Of a stretch of DNA of 51,234 nucleotides, positions 28,958-36,715 are shown piece after piece (within the stretch, counting starts at the first letter, position 1; each line of letters begins with the position of its first letter). The notes under the pieces were generated by a model. That model did not search any database. It was not told the origin of the DNA and saw only the letters and a list, made by a program, of their open reading frames with translations. The DNA comes from an uncultured Chlamydiae bacterium (GTDB taxonomy: Bacteria > Chlamydiota > Chlamydiia > Chlamydiales > Parachlamydiaceae), in NCBI GenBank assembly GCA_963830365.1, contig CAWHMU010000038.1:1-51234 (forward strand). The letters run 5' to 3'. The position numbers were made by a program, and so were the translations under genes.

Positions 28958-29382
28958 CAGGGTCTTTTGATTAAAAAGTTTTGATAGGCTATTCAGTGAT
29001 ATAAACTCGCCGTGCCAGAGCGCGCGTCCGATTTGGCATGATGTCTTTTTTGCTGAGCCCCGTCAAGGGGCGGCCATATTTGTAGCCCATGGTGTAGTGC
29101 CAAGGGCACAAACCATGGTTATCATAAGAAAGAAAAACAGCCCCGAGGGGGCGTTATCATTGTTTTTTGATTTTCATCCTTGCTGATAGCAGTTAAGGAA
29201 TTATAACGCCCCTCTGGGGCTGGATTGCTTTGGGATGGTGACCCACGGTTTGCGTCGTTGACGCTGCACCGTGGGCTACAAATATGGCCACCCCTTGACG
29301 GGGCTTAACAGCAAATGCATGCTGGCCGAAGTTAAACCAATACCCGTGCTACCTATCAAATCTTTTTAATCAAAACGGCGTG
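28958..29382. mobile_element. CAGGG-ended MITE carrying a REP doublet
   Basis: ~31-bp imperfect TIRs (ttttgattaaaaag.tttgatagg core); 9-bp TSD ggttttccc (28949-28957 / 29383-29391); absent from the 33631 copy. Confidence 0.85.
29056..29306. repeat. Nested REP-like palindrome
   Basis: agccccgtcaaggggcggccatatttgtagcccatggtg / caccgtgggctacaaatatggccaccccttgacggggct with an inner agcccc.agggggcgtt pair. Confidence 0.85.
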
Positions 29383-29603
29383 GGTTTTCCCGACCTTCTC
29401 TGTGACTCTGTGCTTTGTGGTGAAATCTGCTTGCTGGTGGCATAGCATTATTAATCAAAGTGTTACAAAAAGCTTCACCACCGAGACAAAGAGGCTCAGA
29501 GAAGGAAAATGGAAATTGCTCTTAGGGTTTTGTTAATTAGGTACTCATTTGCGTGATGAACCTTTTTTTGCTCTTTTTCTATCATTCTATAGCCCACTCC
29601 TAA

Positions 29604-31319
29604 CCTCATTTCCCGTAAGAATTATAACTAGGTACAATACAAGTCATTAAACAACAATGCTTTGACACTTAACTTTAAAACTTCTTTCCTTTTTTCATGG
29701 TTATAATTATAACCATGAAAAAAGGAAATCATATGACCTATCGAGTACATCAGATAAACAAGAAAACTGGCATTACATATGTTTATGAGGCTGTTTCATG
29801 CTGGGATAAGAAAAAAAAACAAGCGCGCAATAAACAGGTGTGCATTGGCAAACTTGATCCTGCCAACGGAGAATTCGTTCCGGCTAAGCGTCTTGCGCCT
29901 GAACAAGCTGCTGTTAGAGATCCGATTGTCACAGCATCTGCCGAGATAGTAGGATCTTCGATTATTCTCGACACCATCACCGACCAGTTAGGTCTGGAAG
30001 GGCTGCTAAAATCCAGCTTTCCTAAGGAGTACCGACAGATTCTAACAATGGCTTACTATCTCGTTTCCCAAGGTGGTCCTTTGAGCCATTGTGGGGCGTG
30101 GTGCAAAAGTCATGCACATCCTTTTGGAACACCATTAACGAGCCAGTGCATCACTGAGATCCTTCGTGCAATTAGCATCGACAAGAAACAAACTTTTTTC
30201 ACGAAATGGATGAATAAGGTTTTGGAGGATGATTACCTTTGTTACGATATCACTTCCATCTCATCATACTCAGAACTCAATGAATACATCAAATACGGCC
30301 ACAACCGTGACTTAGACAAGTTACCGCAGCTGAATCTTGCCATACTCTTCGGCCAAAAGGGACGCTTGCCCGTGTATTTCGAACGGATTCCAGGAAACAT
30401 CACCGATGTCACTACATTACACAACCTTCTAAAGACCTTCAAAGCTTTGGAGACAAAGACCCTTCACTATGTGATGGACAAGGGGTTCTACAGCAAGAAA
30501 AACGTTGATGAACTGCTTGCTTCTAGAGACAAGTTCATGCTATCGGTTCCTCTGAACAATAAATGGGTACAGCACGCTATTGATGATATCTATGAGGTCA
30601 TTCACGGGCCTGAGGGATACCAAAAGCTTGATGATGAAATCCTTTATGTCCACTCTCGCCTCTACCCATGGGGAAAGGACAACCGTCGCTGCTACCTACA
30701 TCTTTACTACAATGCACATGCACGGGCTAATGCAGTCGATCGGTTTAGCGAGGAACTGGTTGGATACAAGAAGGAACTGGAATCAGGAAAAGCCATAAAT
30801 GAGCACCAAGAAGCATATGATACATTTTTTGTGGTGAAGACAACCCCTAAACGGGGAATTCAAGTTTCGTACAACACCCAGGCTGTAAACCAGTACATTA
30901 ATCGCTATGCTGGATTCCAAGCATTGCTGACCAATAGCATCAAAAGCCCAACGGAATCTCTACAGATCTATCGAGACAAAGACATCGTGGAAAAGTGCTT
31001 CGATGATCTTAAAAATCAGTTAGACATGAAGCGTCTGCGTATGCACAGCTCTGCAACTGTTGATGGCAGGCTCTTCGTTCAGTTCATTGCTCTTATCTAT
31101 GTAAGCGCTTTACGTAGAGAGATGAGAAAGTCTACGCTTATTGAGCGCTACACAGTTCGCGAGCTTCTGCAAGAAATGGACACGCTAACCAAAGTGAAGT
31201 ATTCCGGCAAGTACGGGCACATTCTCACAGAGATGACGAAACCACAGCGAGATATTTTGAAAGACCTGAACATTACCCTGCCTAGCAAGACCTAGTTATA
31301 ATTTTTACGGGAAATGAGG
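29604..31319 (+). mobile_element. IS1634-family IS
   Basis: 29-bp TIR cctcatttcccgtaa(g/a)aattataactagg (28/29 match); 6-bp TSD tcctaa. Confidence 0.92.
29733..31295 (+). CDS. IS1634-family transposase
   Basis: YVYE...WDKKKKQARNK..CIGK, CYDITSISSYS, GNITDV, MDKGFYS, YRDKDIVEKCFDDLKN. Confidence 0.92.
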   Translation: MTYRVHQINKKTGITYVYEAVSCWDKKKKQARNKQVCIGKLDPANGEFVPAKRLAPEQAAVRDPIVTASAEIVGSSIILDTITDQLGLEGLLKSSFPKEYRQILTMAYYLVSQGGPLSHCGAWCKSHAHPFGTPLTSQCITEILRAISIDKKQTFFTKWMNKVLEDDYLCYDITSISSYSELNEYIKYGHNRDLDKLPQLNLAILFGQKGRLPVYFERIPGNITDVTTLHNLLKTFKALETKTLHYVMDKGFYSKKNVDELLASRDKFMLSVPLNNKWVQHAIDDIYEVIHGPEGYQKLDDEILYVHSRLYPWGKDNRRCYLHLYYNAHARANAVDRFSEELVGYKKELESGKAINEHQEAYDTFFVVKTTPKRGIQVSYNTQAVNQYINRYAGFQALLTNSIKSPTESLQIYRDKDIVEKCFDDLKNQLDMKRLRMHSSATVDGRLFVQFIALIYVSALRREMRKSTLIERYTVRELLQEMDTLTKVKYSGKYGHILTEMTKPQRDILKDLNITLPSKT

Positions 31320-31402
31320 TCCTAAGCACTGCACTTAGGTGTGGGCTACAGAATAAGAGAAAAAAGGGCAAAAATGACATTCCATTTGCCACTCATAATT
31401 AT

Positions 31403-31443
31403 CCTAGAAGCGGCAGTTATTCAGGACAACTGCCGCTTCTAGG
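31403..31443. terminator. Hairpin just downstream of the J-domain gene
   Basis: cctagaagcggcagtt / aactgccgcttctagg, 16-bp stem. Confidence 0.55.
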
Positions 31444-31444
31444 T

Positions 31445-32236
31445 TCATTTTGTAAGTGGGATATGCTCTTTCAGCCTATTGAAGGCTTTTTGCACGGCTT
31501 GAAATTTAGCGGCCGCCTGCGGATCGTTAGGATTTTTATCGGGATGGACTTTCAATACGGCCTGGCGGTAGGCGGCTTTAATTTGCCCCCAGCCGGCTTG
31601 CCGGCTGATGGCAAGGATTTCATAGGGATCAAATCTTTCATGGTCTACTGACGGTTGGCTGGCTGGTTTAGCTTGGGCAGGGCTCCCTTGTGGTGTGAAG
31701 GATGCAGAATTCGCAAAGAAGGCTTTTCCCCCTTCATCGGCTTTGAAGAGAAAATCGTCGGTCCTTAGAAACGCAGGGATGATATTTAAATATCTTTCAT
31801 CGGCATTGAGATTGTTCTCCAGCCAAAAGAGCTCGTAACGCCATTGGTTGTCCAGTTTATTAAATATGTGCTGATAAATCCAAGCCACGCAGTTAATCGT
31901 CTGTCGCTGCCGGTTGGCTTGTTCAGAAAGTTTAGCAAGCGCTGCCACTGCCTGTTTGGCGTAGCTTAGCTGCTGGCGATAGCCAAACAGTGCTTTAAGG
32001 GATAAACGAGCGAAATTCTTGGTGAGGTCCTGCATGGCGGCTGCATAGGCCAGCGACACCCGTTTGGCAATTTGCGCAAGGCTTAATGAACCCTGATACG
32101 GGCTGAAGCTGAAGGTGCGGGCGCCGATGCTAAAGTAGCCAAAGCTGATTTTGGCAGGCTGCTGCAACAGCTCATGTAGCTGCACGAGGGTCATTTCCTG
32201 TATCGCTGCTTCAATCTGCATAAAAACGCTCTGCAT
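31445..32236 (-). CDS. Protein with C-terminal DnaJ (J) domain
   Basis: DPYEILAI...IKAAYRQAVLKVHPDKNP...KFQAVQKAF; start set at MQSVF to avoid overlap with the upstream gene. Confidence 0.85.
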   Translation of the reverse strand: MQSVFMQIEAAIQEMTLVQLHELLQQPAKISFGYFSIGARTFSFSPYQGSLSLAQIAKRVSLAYAAAMQDLTKNFARLSLKALFGYRQQLSYAKQAVAALAKLSEQANRQRQTINCVAWIYQHIFNKLDNQWRYELFWLENNLNADERYLNIIPAFLRTDDFLFKADEGGKAFFANSASFTPQGSPAQAKPASQPSVDHERFDPYEILAISRQAGWGQIKAAYRQAVLKVHPDKNPNDPQAAAKFQAVQKAFNRLKEHIPLTK

Positions 32237-32267
32237 AAAAATGCTTGGGTGCAAACATATCAACCTC

Positions 32268-33011
32268 TCAACGCAGCGGCTTTTGCTTGATATGGCGGTT
32301 GAGCGCCTCCCACTCAGGATGCCTGCCCAAAAGTTCCAAGATATCCTGCATGCCAAACCCTGGATTTTCGGGATACAGTGCTGTAATGATGTGCCCAATC
32401 AAAAGGAAATCCTCTGCCGTATCGACCGTCCAGCGCTGATCCGACGCATCGGTTGCGTTAGCGATGTTTTTTAAGGCAAAGAGTTCGGGATGCTCATAAA
32501 AATAAGGCGTGACATGCTCCCGCTCCTCCGGCCGCCTCGCTTGGCTTGCCGCAATTTCGAGGCTTTTGAACGAAAACACTTCCACATCCAGACCGCGCGG
32601 ATAGGTCCGCACGATGGCATTGCTGATATAGTCATAGGCTGGAAAATGTTCGATATAGTCGCTGACCAGGCGATCGAGCACGGCTGGATCGATCAACGGA
32701 CAGTCGCCGGTAACACGCACGATGACATCGGCTTGAAACAGCTTTGCCGCCTGGTAATAGCGGTCAAGCACGTCCTGCTCGCTGCCACGATACACCGAAA
32801 CCCCCTCTGCAAGACATAAATCTACTATTGCCTGGTCGGCGGCAGCCGTGGTGGTAGCCACCACAACCTCAGCCACCGTTTGCGCCCGCCGCAGCCTTTC
32901 CAGCTGGTAGCTTAGCAATGGCCTGTGCATGATCTGCTTCAAGGGCTTTTCCGGCAGGCGCGTAGCGCCCATGCGTGCCTGGACGATGACAACGATGCGT
33001 AGTTTTTTCAT
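32268..33011 (-). CDS. SpsF-like cytidylyltransferase family protein
   Basis: QARMGATRLPEK, GSEQDVLDRY, VRVTGDCPLIDP, EREHVTPY, RWTVDTAED. Confidence 0.9.
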   Translation of the reverse strand: MKKLRIVVIVQARMGATRLPEKPLKQIMHRPLLSYQLERLRRAQTVAEVVVATTTAAADQAIVDLCLAEGVSVYRGSEQDVLDRYYQAAKLFQADVIVRVTGDCPLIDPAVLDRLVSDYIEHFPAYDYISNAIVRTYPRGLDVEVFSFKSLEIAASQARRPEEREHVTPYFYEHPELFALKNIANATDASDQRWTVDTAEDFLLIGHIITALYPENPGFGMQDILELLGRHPEWEALNRHIKQKPLR

Positions 33012-33041
33012 GATTTATCCGAAAGCAATCTCTGTTAATAT

Positions 33042-33308
33042 TTAGAATAAGTCGGAATGGGAACCGGTGCGAGCAAAGAATATGTGCGTTTCTGTCTTCT
33101 TGTAGACTAATAGCCAATCAGGCTCAATATGGCATTCCCAATAGCCAATGTAATCGCCTTTAAGCTTATGATTGCGATTTTTTTGCGGTAACAGCATTTC
33201 TTGAGTTAAGCATCTTAAAACTCCCTTTAATTTTTCGATATCTTTGCCACGCTTCTTAGCTTTAACGACGTCCTTTTCGAATTGGCGTAGATGGACAGGT
33301 TTGAGCAT
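33042..33308 (-). CDS. yafQ: YafQ-family (RelE) mRNA interferase toxin
   Basis: QFEKD, HKLKGDY, ECHIEPDWLLVY, RTGSHSDLF. Confidence 0.93.
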   Translation of the reverse strand: MLKPVHLRQFEKDVVKAKKRGKDIEKLKGVLRCLTQEMLLPQKNRNHKLKGDYIGYWECHIEPDWLLVYKKTETHIFFARTGSHSDLF

Positions 33309-33560
33309 TTATATTCCCAGCTTTTTGAAAAGCTCGTCTATATTATCGCTTTCAACCAAATTTTCTCCGCGTTCAAGCTGCTTAATAGCTTCTAATGTTT
33401 CAGCATTTGGCGTATTGGTACTGTAAAGATGTTCCTTTATCCATTCGATGATAAGTTCACGCATGCTCTTTCCTAATACAGCAGCAAGCGCCTTGAGCCT
33501 TTTGTGATCTTCTTCCGGAACATCTATCGTCATTCGGGACAGGTGGCTTTTTGTTGTCAT
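33309..33560 (-). CDS. Antitoxin (RHH N-terminus, DinJ-like C-terminus)
   Basis: SRMTIDVPEEDHKRLKALAA; PNAETLEAI...DELFKKLGI; abuts yafQ. Confidence 0.85.
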   Translation of the reverse strand: MTTKSHLSRMTIDVPEEDHKRLKALAAVLGKSMRELIIEWIKEHLYSTNTPNAETLEAIKQLERGENLVESDNIDELFKKLGI

Positions 33561-33630
33561 AGTATAACCCTTATTTTCCTTAACCTCATTGTACCAGAAA
33601 TAAAGAAATAAAGAAAACAGAAACTGTTTT

Positions 33631-34001
33631 GGCTCATCACGCAAATGAGTACCTGTCTTAGAGAATGGGGGAAATGGCTTAGTTTGAAATGGTTGAAAAA
33701 AGAGAAGCAGACATCTATTAGGTCTCTTGAAGTAAAAATGAATTTAACATGCCAGCTTTACTGTTGCACGATACCAATCAAATTGAGAATATACAAATCA
33801 AAACTGGTTCATCAAACAAAGGCGTACCTATGAGGTTTTCCCCACCTTCTCTGTGACGCTGTGCCTCTGTGGTGAAGTGGTATAGCATTATTAATCAAAG
33901 TGTTACAAAAAGCTTCACCAAAGAGACACAGAGGCACAGAAAAGGAAAATGGAGATTGCTCTTGGGTTTTGTTAATTAGGTACTCATTTGCGTGATGAAC
34001 C
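33631..34001. mobile_element. Type A composite MITE (371 bp)
   Basis: 24-bp TIRs, an extra internal left end at 33806-33829, perfect 8-bp TSD ACTGTTTT. Confidence 0.92.
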
Positions 34002-34025
34002 ACTGTTTTTCGTTTCCGTTCGCAC

Positions 34026-35132
34026 TCAAGAGCTATAGCTGAGAAGAGCGTCAGAGCTCTTGGCGGCTTGGCTAAGGCCGGGATTGATTTTGAGCTGCCG
34101 CCCTGCCATCTCGCCAAGCGCGGCAGAGGTTTGGCAGTGGTGGCCTTGGCTCTTTGCATATGATAAGCGCTTGTACACGGCGGCTTTTATCTCGCACAGT
34201 TTCTTCTCGATGACCATTAACGCATTAGCCGTATCGCTATTGTGCTCTCGCTTGAGGAAATCGATTTTAGTGCAGTACCCTTTGGCTATACCTGAAAAGA
34301 AAGAATTTTTGGCCACCTGTCCCTTCAATCCCGCATACTGCTGCTTGGCATGTTCCCACAGTCTATCCAGCTCGCCATCAAGAATGGCGGCCACATATTC
34401 GGCAATCTCGATATTGACCGCGCTGCCCAAAATCTCAAGATGAATGAAGCCTTCAGTGCGCGCATAAACCGTGGACACAAAAAAGGTTTCCAAAATTCTG
34501 GCGATGGCGCGCAGCTTGGCATTTTCTTTCTTTTGCCGCATGATACGCTTTAGAAACATCTTTTCATCGTTTTCGTCGCCGATATATTCCGCTTCGATAT
34601 TGTGCGTTAATAGCAGCTGCTGCGATTTGATCATGGCCTGTTCGGCTTCATGGCTGTTGCTGCTGGTCGACAGCGCCATCAGTTTCTTGACCTTTCGCAA
34701 AATGGCGTTCTCTTCACCACCGCAGTCATCATGAGTGGCATCCAGCTCCATCTTGGCGCTATAGACATCCTCCCCCCAGCCCATGCGCCGGCAAAAGTCC
34801 CTAAATTCAGCCCCATGAAACATCGTATAAGGTCCATGATTGATAAATGTGAGGTAATGTGCCAGCTCATGCTTGATAATATTGCGCTGCTGCTGCTTGT
34901 TGACATGCATCAGACGCTCATGGAAACCGAGCTCGTAGAATTCGGCGTTGAAATACCCCAGCAAGCTTTTGTTGTTGAATATCACCACTTTCAATGGATA
35001 GGAACTCTGCTGGCGCAAATCATAAAATCTGTCGCCGGCCACCTTGACGCCAACCTCTTTGGCTAAAATAAACTTTAGCTCGCTTAGAATATCGTTTCTG
35101 AATTTTATGATATTATTGGAATAAATATGCAT
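34026..35132 (-). CDS. SprT-like metalloprotease domain plus DUF2786
   Basis: IIKHELAH...HGAEF zinc motif; ILRKVKKLMALSTSSNSHEAEQA. Confidence 0.85.
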   Translation of the reverse strand: MHIYSNNIIKFRNDILSELKFILAKEVGVKVAGDRFYDLRQQSSYPLKVVIFNNKSLLGYFNAEFYELGFHERLMHVNKQQQRNIIKHELAHYLTFINHGPYTMFHGAEFRDFCRRMGWGEDVYSAKMELDATHDDCGGEENAILRKVKKLMALSTSSNSHEAEQAMIKSQQLLLTHNIEAEYIGDENDEKMFLKRIMRQKKENAKLRAIARILETFFVSTVYARTEGFIHLEILGSAVNIEIAEYVAAILDGELDRLWEHAKQQYAGLKGQVAKNSFFSGIAKGYCTKIDFLKREHNSDTANALMVIEKKLCEIKAAVYKRLSYAKSQGHHCQTSAALGEMAGRQLKINPGLSQAAKSSDALLSYSS

Positions 35133-35438
35133 GCTAACGTTTGCGCTCCTTACCTAATCGTCACTCACGAAGTGCACCATAGCAAAAACTTGCTTATTTT
35201 TCGAGGGTTATGACATAGCGAGCGTGAATTTGCAGGTTACAATTAGCATTTGATGTTGTTTAGATTATGTTCAACTTTTGTCGCGACTCTGCGATTGCTC
35301 TGCGTCTCTTGCGTTGAGGTGCACTCATTGGTCATCAAGCCAAGTACAATGTTTCAATTTTTTTTTGTCATCTATGTTTTCAAGAAATTTCAACGCAGAG
35401 ACGCAGAGGAATCGCAGAGACGCCACGAAAATCGAAAA

Positions 35439-35489
35439 AATTGGTGCTTAACTGGTGCTTAAATTTGGTGCTTAACTGGTGCTTAAATA
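35439..35489. repeat. Short tandem repeat (24-bp unit x2, tggtgcttaa x4)
   Basis: ttggtgcttaactggtgcttaaat repeated twice. Confidence 0.85.
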
Positions 35490-35530
35490 CTGAAGTATTC
35501 CAGTGGCCTAAATCATGCCGATATCATCTA

Positions 35531-35761
35531 CTATTTTTCGGATTTACTGGTCTTTTTTGGCGGATGCTGCTGCAGCACGCTGCGCTTCCACCCCTCAGCG
35601 GTTTGTACCTTGACTGCCACGCGCAAACTTTTGACCGGCTGAACTTTAGCTGGCCTGGGTTTATCAATGCTCTTAGCCAACGGAGGCGCAGCCTTGACAA
35701 CTTTTCTGAGGCTGACTGTTTCCGGCGTTGCTTTTTTGGTAATTATTTTTTTTGTAGTCAT
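35531..35761 (-). CDS. Small basic hypothetical protein
   Basis: AGGAGG RBS; Lys/Pro-rich; QTAEGWKR segment. Confidence 0.7.
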   Translation of the reverse strand: MTTKKIITKKATPETVSLRKVVKAAPPLAKSIDKPRPAKVQPVKSLRVAVKVQTAEGWKRSVLQQHPPKKTSKSEK

Positions 35762-35933
35762 ATTACCCTCCTACAAAACTTCTGTGTCCATAGCTACTAC
35801 CATTAATGATAGCTATTCAAGTTTCATGCCAATTAAAAATATTTACAAAACTAAAACTTATATATACTAGCAATCATTTATTATACAAACAATCAAAATA
35901 CTTGTAAATACATGTTAAAATAACACTAATTAC

Positions 35934-36472
35934 GGTTCATCGCACAATCGCGTACCTCCCCATATGTAAACTAATGGAGGATGTTAAATAAATCATACAT
36001 AATGGCAAATTGCGCGTTCGACCCTGTGAAGGAAGGATTTGAGTTGGCACTGCCATACAAGAGATAGGGCACAAGCCATGAGAACATTTTTACAGCCTCG
36101 ATAGAGGCGGCAGCATGTAGCCACATGCGTCAGCGTGTGGTCATCGCATGTTTAGAAACAAAGCCGTGAATACGGCGGCAGCAATGACTAAAGGATAGTA
36201 TATACTATAATAATTGCATCTAATTCAGCTTCCATCGAAATTGCTGTCGCCGTATTCACGGCTCTCTTTATACTACATTTTATTCCATAGATTGACACTT
36301 ATGGCTACATGCTGCCGCCTCTATCGAGGCTAATTAGACCTTCTGTGCTAGAATGCCGATTTGTTTCAAAAAGAACATTACAAATAGATCATTACTTCTC
36401 ATATTTCAACAATCAATTACTAAGGCTTTTTGACGAATCATCATGGGCAGGTACTCATTTGTGCGATGAACC
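35934..36472. mobile_element. Type A MITE (539 bp) with nested REP cargo
   Basis: 24-bp TIRs; TSD ctaattac/ctaattat; internal palindrome agcctcgatagaggcggcagcatgtagcca / tggctacatgctgccgcctctatcgaggct. Confidence 0.92.
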
Positions 36473-36492
36473 CTAATTATCTTGATGGCTGC

Positions 36493-36609
36493 GGTTCATC
36501 CGGTTTTGTAGGACCCAACTGGAAACAGGTGCATAGGTGGTAAAACGCACCGGAGCAAAAATACCACTTGCTCTGTTTTCTATGTAAGTGCGGCAAAACC
36601 GGATGAACC
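36493..36609. mobile_element. Short type B MITE (117 bp)
   Basis: ggttcatccggttttg ... caaaaccggatgaacc, perfect 16-bp TIR. Confidence 0.75.
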
Positions 36610-36715
36610 AGGACTTAGCTAAATATATTGCCGAAACAGGCTGTGATAAATAACTTTATAAAATGAAACAACTATGTTAAAGTAACCTGAAACATTTCTA
36701 GAACTTAGGATTCTT

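Larger units (their letters stand above)
25559..29562. mobile_element. Type A MITE expanded to 4 kb by nested insertions
   Basis: Perfect 24-bp TIRs (25559-25582 / 29539-29562); backbone aligns to the 371-bp copy at 33631-34001; TSD degenerate. Confidence 0.9.

Noticed and set aside
32237..32398. N-terminal extensions of the J-domain ORF (also folD 6136-6225 and antitoxin 33561-33644)
   Set aside because: They overlap a neighbouring gene, intergenic DNA or a MITE end; downstream ATGs fit the families better.
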